Assembly (NCBI GenBank): GCA_033764015.1
Contig: JANRJK010000014.1
Location: forward strand, 32,001-96,000
Length of the DNA stretch: 64,000 bases
Direction of reading: 5' to 3'
Origin: Candidatus Sumerlaeia bacterium
GTDB taxonomy: Bacteria > Sumerlaeota > Sumerlaeia > SLMS01 > JANRJK01
In this document: positions 21,464-30,982 of the stretch, piece by piece
Layout of the letters: each line of letters begins with the position of its first letter
Position numbering within the stretch: the first letter of the stretch is position 1
Notes under the pieces: generated by a model
What the model was told of the DNA's origin: nothing
What the model saw: the letters and a program-made list of their open reading frames with translations, nothing else
Databases searched by the model: none
Made by a program: the position numbers and the translations under genes

Positions 21464-23926
21464 CTACTCGCGGTTCGGCGCGTGACTTCGCGCCCCTCCG
21501 CGGCGTGTGGCGGAGACGCGCCAGCCGCTGAGGGCGTCGAACTCGACACGGACGGCGCCGTCGCGGTCCGTGCGCCAGACCTCCGCGCCGGCGGCCGACG
21601 CGCGGGCGAGCACCTCCGGCGACGGATGGCCGAAGTTGTTCCCGGCGCCGGCGCTCGCCACGACAACGGCGGGGCGCGCGGCGGCGAGGAGCGCATCGCC
21701 GGTCGCGGCGCGCGCTCCGTGGTGCCCGGCCTTGAGGATCGGCGCGGCGACGTCGGCGCCGGCGGCGAGGATGTCCGCCTCCGCTTCCAACTCCGCGTCG
21801 CCCGTCAGAAGCGCCGCGGCGCGCCCGGCGACCGACACCCGCAGGACGAGCGACGCGTCGTTGCGCGCCGAGCCCTCCGCGAGGAAGCGCTCCGTCGGGT
21901 GCAGCACCTCCACCTCGACCGGCGGGTGGCCGAAGCGGAAGCGGTCGCCGCGCGCGAGCGACGATGCGATGGCGTCCGCGTGGAGGAGGCGGGCGCGGAG
22001 CTCGCCGAAGACGGCGGTCTCCGCCATGCCCCCTGCGTCGAGGACCGCGGCCACCTCCGCGGCGTCGAGCACCGCGACCGCCCCGCCGATGTGGTCCGCG
22101 TCCGCGTGCGTCAGCGCCATCCAGTCGAGCCGGCGCACCCGGAGCGCCTCGAGCCAGCGGGCCGCCTGGCCTTCCCGCCCCGCGTCGACCAGCGCGAAGC
22201 GGCCGTCCCCGGTGCGCAGCAGGATCGCGTCGCCCTGACCCACATCCAGGAACCACACGGTGAGCGGCGGCAGCGGCCCGCGCAGCAGCGGCGCCCAGAG
22301 GAACACGGTCGCGAGGAGTCCCGCGGTGGCGGCGAGCCGGCCGAGCGGCGCGCGCTCCGGAGTGGGCCAGCGCCACGTCCACGGGCCCGCCAGCACCAGC
22401 CCGAGCCAGGCCGCCAACGCCGGCCCGGGGAGCGCCGGCGCGGGCGCGGAAGCCCACGGCAGCGCGCCAAGCCCTCGGACAAGGTCGGCGCAAAGGGCCA
22501 AGGGGAGTTCGAGCGCGGAGAGGGGCATCACGGCAAGCTCGGGCAGCACCGCCCCGAGCAGGTGCGCCACGAACCCTGCGAGCACCAGGAACGAGAGCGG
22601 AGCCAGCAGCAGCGCGTTCGCCAGCGGCGCCGCGAGCGACACCTGCCCGAACCAGTCCGCCAGCAGCGGCGCCGCGCCGAGCTGGATCGCCGTCGTGACG
22701 AACAGCGCCTTGAGCGCCGCGATGGCGAAGTCGCTTCCCGGGTAGTAGCGGATGGGGCGCCCGGCCACCTCTTCGATGCGGATCGTCCACGGGGTGCTGA
22801 GCACCAGCACCGCGGCGCAGAGGAACGTGAGCTGGAATTCGAGCGTGTGGATCGCGCCGGGGGCCTGCATGGCCAGCGCGAGGAACACGCAGGACAGCGC
22901 GGAGGGCCCGTCCACCGGGCGCTCCCATGCCTCCGAGAGCGCGAACACCGCGAGGAGCAGCGCGGAACGCAGCACCGGCGGCTCCGCACCCGTCATCACC
23001 ACGAACCAGGCGAGCGATGGAACGAACACGGCGACCCGGGGCCACGCGCCGAACCCCAGCCAGCGCAGGAACCAGAGCGTCACCATGCCCACCAGCATCG
23101 TGTGGAAGCCGCTGACGGAGAAGATGTGGACCAGGCCGCTGCGCTCGAACGCCTCGTAGAGCGGCGGCTCCAGGCCCGCGGTGTCGCCCAGCAGGAGCGC
23201 GTTGAGCAGCCGCCCCTCCGGCCCGGGCAGCGAAGCGAGCGTGGCGTCGCCGGTCGCGCGGGCGGCGTCCTCGGCGAGCTGCCAGAGCCGCGGCAGCAAG
23301 GCGCCGGTGGGCTCCGAGGCGAGGAGCGCCTTGCCGTTGAGGATTGCGACGAAGCCATGCGCCCGGAAGCCGCGGTCGGGCGTGCGCTCAGAGCGCGAGT
23401 GCGTCAGCTCGCGCACGGCGCCGAGGATCCGGGCGCGGTCGCCGGCGCGCGGAGGAGTTTCGTCGGGGAGATAGGCCAGCATCGGGGCGGGGAGCTCGAC
23501 AGTGCGGCCGGCGCTGGCGAGGCGCACCGGCGCGGCGAGCTCGACGCGCCAGCTCCCCGTGGCGGTGCGCGCCGGCGGGCGCGCGACGACGCCTTCCGCT
23601 TCCGCGAGCACCTCCGCGGTGTCCATGACCGATTCGAGCGACGCGAAGGCGAGCGCCTCGCGCTCCGCGAGGCGGCCCTGCTGCGCGGAGCCGAGCGCCG
23701 CGAACCCCGCGAGCAGCAGCGCGAGCCGCGCCGCGCGCCGCCACGGGCCGAGCGCCGCCGCGAGCGCGCCGAGCGCCAGCGCGAACACCGGCTCCCAATG
23801 CGACGCCGGCGGGGGCCACGCCAGCGCGCCGCACAGATACGCCGCCGCCGCGTGCGCCATGGGGCGCGCCACGGGCCAGCCGCGCGGGCTCCCGCCAGTC
23901 GGTGCTTGAGGCGCTGCCGGTTCCAT
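21464..23926 (-). CDS. comEC: ComEC/Rec2 DNA uptake channel with metallo-beta-lactamase domain
   Basis: GLVHIFSVSGFH, TGAEPPVLRS, FQLTF, FLDVGQGDAIL, THADADHIGG, NDASLVL, LLTGD, LKAGHHG, NNFGHP. Start could also be 23860 or 23935. Confidence 0.93.
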   Translation of the reverse strand: MEPAAPQAPTGGSPRGWPVARPMAHAAAAYLCGALAWPPPASHWEPVFALALGALAAALGPWRRAARLALLLAGFAALGSAQQGRLAEREALAFASLESVMDTAEVLAEAEGVVARPPARTATGSWRVELAAPVRLASAGRTVELPAPMLAYLPDETPPRAGDRARILGAVRELTHSRSERTPDRGFRAHGFVAILNGKALLASEPTGALLPRLWQLAEDAARATGDATLASLPGPEGRLLNALLLGDTAGLEPPLYEAFERSGLVHIFSVSGFHTMLVGMVTLWFLRWLGFGAWPRVAVFVPSLAWFVVMTGAEPPVLRSALLLAVFALSEAWERPVDGPSALSCVFLALAMQAPGAIHTLEFQLTFLCAAVLVLSTPWTIRIEEVAGRPIRYYPGSDFAIAALKALFVTTAIQLGAAPLLADWFGQVSLAAPLANALLLAPLSFLVLAGFVAHLLGAVLPELAVMPLSALELPLALCADLVRGLGALPWASAPAPALPGPALAAWLGLVLAGPWTWRWPTPERAPLGRLAATAGLLATVFLWAPLLRGPLPPLTVWFLDVGQGDAILLRTGDGRFALVDAGREGQAARWLEALRVRRLDWMALTHADADHIGGAVAVLDAAEVAAVLDAGGMAETAVFGELRARLLHADAIASSLARGDRFRFGHPPVEVEVLHPTERFLAEGSARNDASLVLRVSVAGRAAALLTGDAELEAEADILAAGADVAAPILKAGHHGARAATGDALLAAARPAVVVASAGAGNNFGHPSPEVLARASAAGAEVWRTDRDGAVRVEFDALSGWRVSATRRGGARSHAPNRE

Positions 23927-23976
23927 GCGAAGCATTCGCCGACACTCCCGGAAGGGAGGTCGAGAGGGACCCGCCC

Positions 23977-25113
23977 GTGATCCGCTTCGAGCCCGAGGAC
24001 CCGCCGCACTGCGCGCCGCTGGTGCATCCGGCGCGCGATCCCTTGACGCGGCGCGCGCGGCTCTCGGCGATCCTCCTTTGCGGCATCGCGGGCGCGGGGG
24101 TGCTCGCCGCGGCGCTCGTCGGCGCCATGCGCGGCGAGGGCCTCGACCCGCTGGTGCTCGCCGTGGTCGCCACCGCCGGCATCGTGGTGGCCAGCCGCCT
24201 GCCGCTCCTCACCGAAATCCTCCTCGGCATCCTCGACCGCGCGGAGGCGCTCGAAAACGCCCCCGACTCCGCGGACGTGCTCCGGCGGCTCGCGCTCGGC
24301 GTCCTGGCCCCGTGGCTCCTGTCCTTCCTCGCGGTGATGCGCCTCCGCGACCCCGCGGAAACGCTCGCCGTCCTGCTACTCATCCTCCTGGCGGAGGCCG
24401 CCTACCGCCTCGGCGGCATGTCGCGCTGGCGCGGGACTCCGCTTGAGACCGATGTGCTCAAGGCGGTGTTCACCGACGACCTCGACCGCGGGCTGATGGC
24501 GATCACCCAGGCGAAGCACCTCACGCCGCGGGAGTTCGAGGCCAACACGCTCGCCGTCGAGGGAATGGCGCTCGGCCGGGAGAACCGCCATGCGATCGGG
24601 CTCCTCCTCGGCGTGGCGCGGCGCCGCCTCGAACGCACCCGCGATTACTCGCTCCCGGAGCGCGAGGTGGAGCGCACGGTGCTCATCCTCGAAGCGGACC
24701 TCGCGCGGCTGCAGGACGCGGAGGGCGCGGTGGCCGAAGAGGCGAAGGCGCTCCGCGCGCTGGGCCCCGGGCACCCGCGGCGCCTCGCCCTGGCGCTCTT
24801 CGTCGCCACCAGCGCGCTCGAGATCGGCCAGCCGGAGGCCGCCCTGAAGGCGCTCCGCAGGCTGCACGCGCGCGAAGTGGTGACGGAGGCGGGCCGCCTC
24901 CTCGTCAACTGGCTCCTCTCCGAGGCCGCCCACCGCGCCGGAGACCTCGCGATGCGCGAGAAGGCCGAGCGCGCGATGAAGACCTTCAACGTCCGCCGCA
25001 TCGCCTCCACCATCGCCGTGGACGAACTGAAGGGGGGCATCGACCGCGACCCCTACGCGCGCTGGATCGTCCGCGCGCGCGACGCGCTGATCGAGGCGCG
25101 CGACGCCAAATAA
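23977..25113 (+). CDS. Hypothetical membrane protein (4 N-terminal TM + helical domain)
   Basis: Long ORF with typical codon usage; GTG start preceded by GAGAGGG; start uncertain. Confidence 0.65.
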   Translation: MIRFEPEDPPHCAPLVHPARDPLTRRARLSAILLCGIAGAGVLAAALVGAMRGEGLDPLVLAVVATAGIVVASRLPLLTEILLGILDRAEALENAPDSADVLRRLALGVLAPWLLSFLAVMRLRDPAETLAVLLLILLAEAAYRLGGMSRWRGTPLETDVLKAVFTDDLDRGLMAITQAKHLTPREFEANTLAVEGMALGRENRHAIGLLLGVARRRLERTRDYSLPEREVERTVLILEADLARLQDAEGAVAEEAKALRALGPGHPRRLALALFVATSALEIGQPEAALKALRRLHAREVVTEAGRLLVNWLLSEAAHRAGDLAMREKAERAMKTFNVRRIASTIAVDELKGGIDRDPYARWIVRARDALIEARDAK

Positions 25114-25231
25114 TCTCCGACCCACAAGCTCGACGTTACTGCTCGGCAATGTGCCCTTGCGAACCGGGGGGGGTGGCGCCACCCTCCATCCGGTCGATCT
25201 TTTCCCGTCCCTCCCACCCGTCAGGCGGCCC

Positions 25232-26962
25232 ATGCGCATCACCTACTTGGATGACGACTTCCTCGGCGTCGAAACCGGGAACAACCGCGAGGTCGAGTCG
25301 GCCCTGCGGGACCTGTCTACATCTCGCTGGAACGCCGCGGAGCACCGGTGGGAGATCCACCTGTCGCACCTGCCCGACCTGATCGGCCTGTTCCGCCTGC
25401 CGCCGGACAAGATTCCCCAGAACCTGATGAAGCGCTTCGAGGAGAGCTGGCTCTCCTGCGAAGTACGCGTCGAAGTGAACCACGCCAACTGCCGCATCCT
25501 CGGCTCCGGCGTCCCGGTCCGCGACATCGAGCAGCTCACCAGCTTCGAGCTGCCGGACCGCGTGGCGTCGCCGGAGTTCCTCGAGGGCGAATGGGACGGA
25601 CGCCACCACCTCTTCGACCGCCGCGCGTTCACCTTCCCGACGGGGCTGCTGCCGCCGGTGGTGGCGCGGCTGAAGGAATTGAAGAAACGCTTCCAGATCC
25701 AGGACAGCCGGGCCCCCTACGAGCCCGGCCCCGCGCCGCCCGATGAACTGCTGGCGCCGCTTTGCGCCGCCGACCGCCGCCTCGTCGAAGCGGCCCGGCT
25801 CGCGGGGCGCCTGACCGCCGTCCGCCAGCGCTTCGCCGGCGAAGGCGAGCTGATCCGCGCGCTCCTCGCCACCGCCGGCGACAGCGCCGTGATCCTGGCG
25901 CCGACGATGCTGGACGCGGAGGAGCTCGCCGCGCTTCTCGAACCGCACGGCGTCGTGCTGTTCCGCAAGGCCGGCGACCTCGGCGCGAAGCACCTGCTGC
26001 TGCCGATCGACGAGGCCACCGCGCTCTTCGCCCACATGGACCGCGAGGGCGCCCCGCGCCATTTCACCGCGGAGGAGAAGCGCCGCGCGCTGATGATCGG
26101 CCTACGCATGCGCCGCGAGCGCGCCCTCATCGTGCCCCGCGTCAGCGCCATCGCCGCCGACCGCATCCACACGCTCGCCATGCACGCCACCGAGGCCGCC
26201 GTCCGCATCGCCATCACCCGCCTCCCGATGCGCGAGGACGGCATGGAGCGCATCCTCGCCGGAGCCTTCGGCCCCTGGGAGACGTTCATCTCCGCGGGCG
26301 ACGCGGTCCGCGACCTCGGCCTCCCCTCGGTCGAGCTCAAGGAAGTCGCCGCGCCGTTCTACTACCGCGTCGAGCGCGACCGGCCCTACTCGGAGATCCT
26401 CAAGAACGGCATCTACGAGAACGGCCCCCGCACCGAGCTGATCGAGCAGATCGCCGCCAGCGAGGCGGAGGGGGGCCGCACCCCCGTGGTGCTGGTCGAG
26501 GACGCCGCCTTCCGCGACGCGCTCGCGCCGCGCATCGCCGCCCACGCGGTCGCGTACACCTACGCCGAGGCGCTCGAACCGCTCCGCATCCTCGCCGCCG
26601 GGCAGTCCGACGTCGTCCCGACGCTCCTTTTCGCCGAACCCCCCGCCAACGCGAGCGGCGCGCTGCGGCTGCTGCTGCAGGTCTGCGAAGCCGTCGGCGC
26701 GCCGGCCGCGGGGAAGCGCTCCAAGGCCAAGCGCACGCTCCGCCTCTTCGACTTCCGCGACCCGCTGCCCGGACTCCGCCGGCGCAACGACCAGCGCTTC
26801 CGCGCCTACCAGCAGTTCGAAGGATGGATCCGCCTGATGGCGGGGAGCGGCGGCATCACCGGCGGCGGCGCCGCCCCGATCACCATCTCGAACCGCGAAC
26901 CCAAAGGCGGCCGCCGCCGCGGCTTCGCCAAGGCCACGCCCCGGAACGCGGAACGCGGGTAA
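25232..26962 (+). CDS. Degenerate SF2 helicase-like protein (UvsW/ResIII-like) lacking recognisable Walker A/DExH
   Basis: RWNAAEHRWEI; WDGRHHLFDRRAFTFPTGLL; NGPRTELI; LFDFRD..RR..RFRAY. No GKT or DEAH motif seen. Confidence 0.55.
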   Translation: MRITYLDDDFLGVETGNNREVESALRDLSTSRWNAAEHRWEIHLSHLPDLIGLFRLPPDKIPQNLMKRFEESWLSCEVRVEVNHANCRILGSGVPVRDIEQLTSFELPDRVASPEFLEGEWDGRHHLFDRRAFTFPTGLLPPVVARLKELKKRFQIQDSRAPYEPGPAPPDELLAPLCAADRRLVEAARLAGRLTAVRQRFAGEGELIRALLATAGDSAVILAPTMLDAEELAALLEPHGVVLFRKAGDLGAKHLLLPIDEATALFAHMDREGAPRHFTAEEKRRALMIGLRMRRERALIVPRVSAIAADRIHTLAMHATEAAVRIAITRLPMREDGMERILAGAFGPWETFISAGDAVRDLGLPSVELKEVAAPFYYRVERDRPYSEILKNGIYENGPRTELIEQIAASEAEGGRTPVVLVEDAAFRDALAPRIAAHAVAYTYAEALEPLRILAAGQSDVVPTLLFAEPPANASGALRLLLQVCEAVGAPAAGKRSKAKRTLRLFDFRDPLPGLRRRNDQRFRAYQQFEGWIRLMAGSGGITGGGAAPITISNREPKGGRRRGFAKATPRNAERG

Positions 26963-27157
26963 CAGCCGCCCGGGCGGTCATCGAGCCCCCGGCGGCGCGC
27001 AGGCAGACCGAATCCGAGTCCCACTCGGCCTAAGCAAGCGTTCGAAGAGCAGCCGGGATAGCTTGGAAAAGGCGGAAGGGGCTGATGGACCTGCAATGTG
27101 CCGCACAGAGCCGAAGGACGCCTTGTGATGCGGCAGACTGCAACCATCACCTACTCA

Positions 27158-27628
27158 TCAAGGATCATCTTCGACAACAATCAGAACTTGTCGCTCAAGA
27201 GATTGCAGCTCCCTAGACCCTCCCAACGCTTCCATCAACAGTTCCAACTTTTTTTCGGTCTCCTCGTCCTGCCCGGCGAGATGTTCGCCTGGAACCACAA
27301 GAAGATGCGTATTGCCAAGTTTCGCAGCCAAGTAGCTGTATTTCCTTCCCTTCTCCAAAACCGCGCCGCGCGTCCACCAAATCCGTGTACTATCTTCTTG
27401 CGAGTTCACCGTTGCCTCGGACAAAGCAATCCTAGGTGCAACAGCAAGCTTTGAGGAAACTCCTCTAATGATCGAGTTCCGAAGGGCCAACTGATACATG
27501 TTGAGTCCAATGGAGACGAGCAGGAGTGCAAGCAAGAGTACGGATAGGCCGCTCCTGCCAAAGGTGCTCTTTGCAAGAGAGCCGCATCTAGTCCCACAGC
27601 TTGCGAGACATTCGGCAGCGGTCATCAT
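27158..27628 (-). CDS. Hypothetical protein with one TM/signal segment (low-GC islet)
   Basis: AAAGGGG RBS before the ATG; hydrophobic LSVLLLALLLVSIGL. Confidence 0.5.
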   Translation of the reverse strand: MMTAAECLASCGTRCGSLAKSTFGRSGLSVLLLALLLVSIGLNMYQLALRNSIIRGVSSKLAVAPRIALSEATVNSQEDSTRIWWTRGAVLEKGRKYSYLAAKLGNTHLLVVPGEHLAGQDEETEKKLELLMEALGGSRELQSLERQVLIVVEDDP

Positions 27629-27710
27629 GGATTCCCCTTTCGTTCCACTAAGGACTCAGTCAACCAACCACGAACCGCAAACTGGCGAATAGTTAAGTGC
27701 ATAATTGCGC

Positions 27711-28604
27711 TCAGTCTGGAACTTCTCCACTTTCTATGCTCCTCCGAATCTCGTGTCCACTTTGCAGGACTCTTGATTGTGACTCCCTACTAAGAACCTC
27801 GTCGAGGACACCGATGGCCAACGACTGCTCTAACCGCAATGAAGCCAATCCTTCGATGTCGCCGGCATCCGAGACAAGCCTGACGTGAATGAGCGCACGC
27901 CAGACCTCTTTACGCAATTCCCTATCTGGAATAGAACTGAGCACGCAATCGAACCACTGTTCGTCCAGGCGGAGAATGCACGACCATAATGTGAGTTCTT
28001 CGAATTCTTTCTCGTCAAATACTTCGAAGATGTCCGCGCGCGCTCTATAGAAGTACTCCCTCATTGCAATCCTGCGCACGTTCCAATCAGGATGAAACAA
28101 GAGCGCCTTTGGAACGGCGGGGCACCCTATCACGAGCGCTTGTATATAACCGGCATTGATCACGACCCTCCCCCCCACTCTTCGGAAGGCTGAATCAAGA
28201 TCAAGCATGCAAGTGGACGGTAGGTCTCGGCGTTGGATTTCTTCACATATCACTTTGTTGAGGTGCTGGGCTTCACTACACCCCTCTTCACCATCGATCA
28301 ATTCCCCGTAGGCAGTCAAAGTGTTCTGATAGAGAAGCCTGTACGCCTCCAGCAATTGCACGTCCGGGTCTGGATGTGGCGCAGCGAGATATGATCGCAT
28401 TCGGAAGTGTTGAGTGAGCAAAGCATCCCCCCACTGCCCATCAAAACTCCCAGACGTGATTTGTGAGATTTTGGGCCACGATTCTACACTCGACAGTACC
28501 GCTTTCACACCATTGCCGGGCGCTCCATGCAAGCTACAGGGCACGCACACTAATGCAAAACATAGTGCTACAGCACCAAGGAGTGAAGCAACTCTAGAAT
28601 TCAT
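27711..28604 (-). CDS. Hypothetical exported protein (low-GC islet; candidate orphan immunity/cassette gene)
   Basis: 297-aa ORF in AT-richer DNA; signal peptide MNSRVASLLGAVALCFALVCVPCSLHG. Confidence 0.6.
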   Translation of the reverse strand: MNSRVASLLGAVALCFALVCVPCSLHGAPGNGVKAVLSSVESWPKISQITSGSFDGQWGDALLTQHFRMRSYLAAPHPDPDVQLLEAYRLLYQNTLTAYGELIDGEEGCSEAQHLNKVICEEIQRRDLPSTCMLDLDSAFRRVGGRVVINAGYIQALVIGCPAVPKALLFHPDWNVRRIAMREYFYRARADIFEVFDEKEFEELTLWSCILRLDEQWFDCVLSSIPDRELRKEVWRALIHVRLVSDAGDIEGLASLRLEQSLAIGVLDEVLSRESQSRVLQSGHEIRRSIESGEVPD

Positions 28605-28609
28605 GCATC

Positions 28610-28760
28610 CACGTTCGCCCACCCCGCCGTCGTACCCAATCGGGCCCATCGTTGGGAACCGCCCCCGCAGCGGCGAGTAGCACCTCGTCCGCAGGTGGTC
28701 CACCTCGCCATCAAGGATCCGGGGGCGGGCACGGAATTGGAACTTGAGGCCGATGGAGGA
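28610..28760 (-). pseudogene. Eroded RHS repeat-associated core fragment
   Basis: SSIGLKFQFRAR..DGEVDHLRTRCYSPLRGRFPTMGPIGYDGG matches the RHS core consensus F.F.GR..YYRARYY.P..GRF...DPIG..GG. Confidence 0.7.
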
Positions 28761-29047
28761 ATGCGCGGCGGAGAGCGGCGCGCGAGCGGATTGCGTGGTG
28801 CGGACCGCCGGGGCAATCGGCTCAGCCGCCACGCCTTCTCGGGCGTTCGAGGAGAGAACTTCGTTGGCTGTCCTTCCCAACATGTTCGCCTGATCCCAGA
28901 CCCGGAGCTGCGCCGATCCGTTCGCGTCGCGCGAGTGGATCGTCGGCTAACCGTGGGAACCGTACCCACACGCCTCGACGGGCCTCAAGGGGGAAGGCTT
29001 TCGGCGGGGCGTCCGCGCCCCACAATTCACGGCCGCCCCCCGCCCCG

Positions 29048-30064
29048 CTACGCCGACGCGCGCCGGACCAGCACCGGGGTGATGCGGACCAGTTTGCGGC
29101 CGCGGGGGGAGGCGTCGGGGTCGAGCTGCTCGGCGAGGAGTTCCACCGCGGTGGCGGCGATTTCGTCCTTCGGCTGGCCGATGGTGGTGAGCGGCACCTC
29201 CATGTGGGCGCTGATGCGGAGGTCGTCGAAGCCGACGACCGCGATGTCGTCGGGCACGCGGAGGCCGGCGCGGCGGATGGTGCGCACGCAACCCATCGCG
29301 GTCAGGTCCGTGGACGCGAAGATCGCCGTGGGGCGGTTCGGCGGCGCGAGCATGGAATCGACGCCGCAGAATCCCTCCGCCTCGAGGAAGTCCTGGTTGA
29401 AGACGAGGTGCTCGTTCGCGAGCGGGAGTCCGCGGCGCTGCAACGCCTCGCGGAAGCCCTGGAAGCGGAGGCGGTTGGTCTGGAAGGCGATGTTGCCGCA
29501 GACGAAGCCGATGCGCGCGTGGCCCTTTTCGGCGAGGTAGTCGACGGCGAGCGCGGCGCCGCGCTCGTTGTCGGTGCGCACGCAGCTCGCGTCGACGCCC
29601 TCCAGCTCCGTGTCCATCAGGACGAGGGGGAACCGGCGGCGGATGAGCGCCTGGTAGAGCGGGATGTTGGCGTCGGTGGTGAGCGGCGCGATGACGGCGC
29701 CGTCCACATGGCCGTCGGCGAGCGCGCGGAGGTACTCGGCCTCGCGCTCTGGCGTTTCGTCGCTGTCCGCGAGGACGGTCCGCAGGCCGGCGTCGCGGGC
29801 GTGGCGGCTGATGCGCTTCGCCATTTCGGCGAAGTACACGTTCGCGAGGTCGGACACGAGCATCATCAGCGCGTGGGTGCGGTTGGTGGCGAGGCCGCGC
29901 GCGGCGGCGTTGGGGCGGAAGTCGTACTTCTCCGCCACGGCGAGCACGCGGGCCCGGGTGGCCGGGGCCACTCGGTCCTTCCCGTTCATCACGCGGGAGA
30001 CGGTGCCGATGGAGACGCCGGCGAGCTCGGCGATCTGGTAGATGGTGGGGGGCTTCTGGGCCAC
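29048..30064 (-). CDS. LacI-family transcriptional regulator
   Basis: TIYQIAELAGVSIGTVSRVMN HTH; FRPNAAARGL hinge; KGHARIGF; PTAIFA..D..A.G; VPDDIAVVGFDD; PLTTI.QP. GTG start at 30064 (TTG 30094 is the alternative). Confidence 0.96.
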   Translation of the reverse strand: MAQKPPTIYQIAELAGVSIGTVSRVMNGKDRVAPATRARVLAVAEKYDFRPNAAARGLATNRTHALMMLVSDLANVYFAEMAKRISRHARDAGLRTVLADSDETPEREAEYLRALADGHVDGAVIAPLTTDANIPLYQALIRRRFPLVLMDTELEGVDASCVRTDNERGAALAVDYLAEKGHARIGFVCGNIAFQTNRLRFQGFREALQRRGLPLANEHLVFNQDFLEAEGFCGVDSMLAPPNRPTAIFASTDLTAMGCVRTIRRAGLRVPDDIAVVGFDDLRISAHMEVPLTTIGQPKDEIAATAVELLAEQLDPDASPRGRKLVRITPVLVRRASA

Positions 30065-30098
30065 GGCGCGCGCTCCGATGAAGGGCTTGAGCAAATGA

Positions 30099-30112
30099 TG
30101 TAAGCGCTTCGA
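30099..30112. promoter_or_regulatory. LacI-type operator 1
   Basis: TGTAAGCGCTTCGA (reverse complement TCGAAGCGCTTACA), palindromic AAGCGCTT core, just upstream of the LacI gene. Confidence 0.75.
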
Positions 30113-30217
30113 TATTGGTCAAGCCTAGACTTTCGCGGCATCGGCGCGTCAGGAACGCACCGGCCGCGCGCGCCGGAGTGGCCAAGCCTCCCCTGCGAAA
30201 GTGCGGAAAAGAACTTG

Positions 30218-30231
30218 TCGAAGCGCTATTA
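30218..30231. promoter_or_regulatory. LacI-type operator 2
   Basis: TCGAAGCGCTATTA, next to a TTGACG hexamer at 30235-30240. Confidence 0.6.
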
Positions 30232-30362
30232 TGTTTGACGAGCGCTGGTTAAGCGTTCTATCGATCCCCTGTCGCCGACGCCGGAAGGCCCGCCCACGCT
30301 CGCATCGGGCACGCAGGCCACCAGCGGCGCGACGAAGCCTCCGGCCAACGGGCAACCCCGGG

Positions 30363-30376
30363 TCGAAGCGCTTTCA
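30363..30376. promoter_or_regulatory. LacI-type operator 3
   Basis: TCGAAGCGCTTTCA, ending 18 nt before the pilin-like ATG. Confidence 0.75.
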
Positions 30377-30394
30377 TCCGAAAGGACACCAGCC

Positions 30395-30931
30395 ATGCGC
30401 GCCAGCGCCTTCACCCTTATCGAGCTGCTGATCGTGGTCGCGATCATCGCCATCCTGGCGGCGATCGCCGTGCCCAACTTCCTCGAGGCGCAGGTTCGTT
30501 CGAAGGTGAGCCGCGCCAAGGCCGACATGCGCACCCTCGCGACTGCGATCGAGGCGTACCGCGTGGACGAGAACCGCTACCCCAACACCCGGCGCGGCGG
30601 AAACTGGCTGCTGTTCTACCAGCGCCTCGCGTTCCTCACGACGCCGGTCGCCTACATCACCACGCTGCCGCAGGACCCCTTCGCGGACGCCGGCTCCACG
30701 AACAATCCGCAGCTCGCCTACGACTACCTCGATCGCCCGAGCACGCTGTCGCTCCTTCCGGCGGTGTGGAACCCGTTCCCGGGCAACGGCGACGCCGCCA
30801 ACAAGGCCTGGAGGATCCTGAGCCTCGGCCCGGACCAGCGCGAGTCGCTCGTCCTCGGGCCGCAGCCGGTCGAGTACGACCCGACGAACGGCACCACCTC
30901 CGCCGGCGACATCCACCGCTACGGGCCATGA
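30395..30931 (+). CDS. Prepilin-type N-terminal cleavage/methylation domain protein (type IV pilin/pseudopilin-like)
   Basis: MRASA|FTLIELLIVVAIIAILAAIAVPNF class III signal; GspG-like DPF and SLGPD; C-terminal YDPTNGTTSAGDI. Confidence 0.92.
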   Translation: MRASAFTLIELLIVVAIIAILAAIAVPNFLEAQVRSKVSRAKADMRTLATAIEAYRVDENRYPNTRRGGNWLLFYQRLAFLTTPVAYITTLPQDPFADAGSTNNPQLAYDYLDRPSTLSLLPAVWNPFPGNGDAANKAWRILSLGPDQRESLVLGPQPVEYDPTNGTTSAGDIHRYGP

Positions 30932-30942
30932 TCCCCCCAACC
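30926..30942 (+). repeat. 17-bp direct repeat, copy 1 (CCATGATCCCCCCAACC)
   Basis: 16/17 identical to 32816-32832; both copies span a CCA-TGA stop. Confidence 0.6.
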
Positions 30943-30982
30943 TGCCGCACACCGCAGCGCATCCCCGAAAGGCGCCCACGCC

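Larger units (their letters stand above)
27030..28615. other. Low-GC islet (putative horizontally acquired cassette)
   Basis: Hand count: 28/60 GC at 28201-28260 versus 48/60 at 26461-26520; many A/T-ending codons. Confidence 0.8.

Noticed and set aside
27030..27160. TGA-TGA after the 27158-27628 ORF as recoding, with an open frame beyond
   Set aside because: No motif or SECIS-like evidence; a double stop or decay is the simpler explanation.
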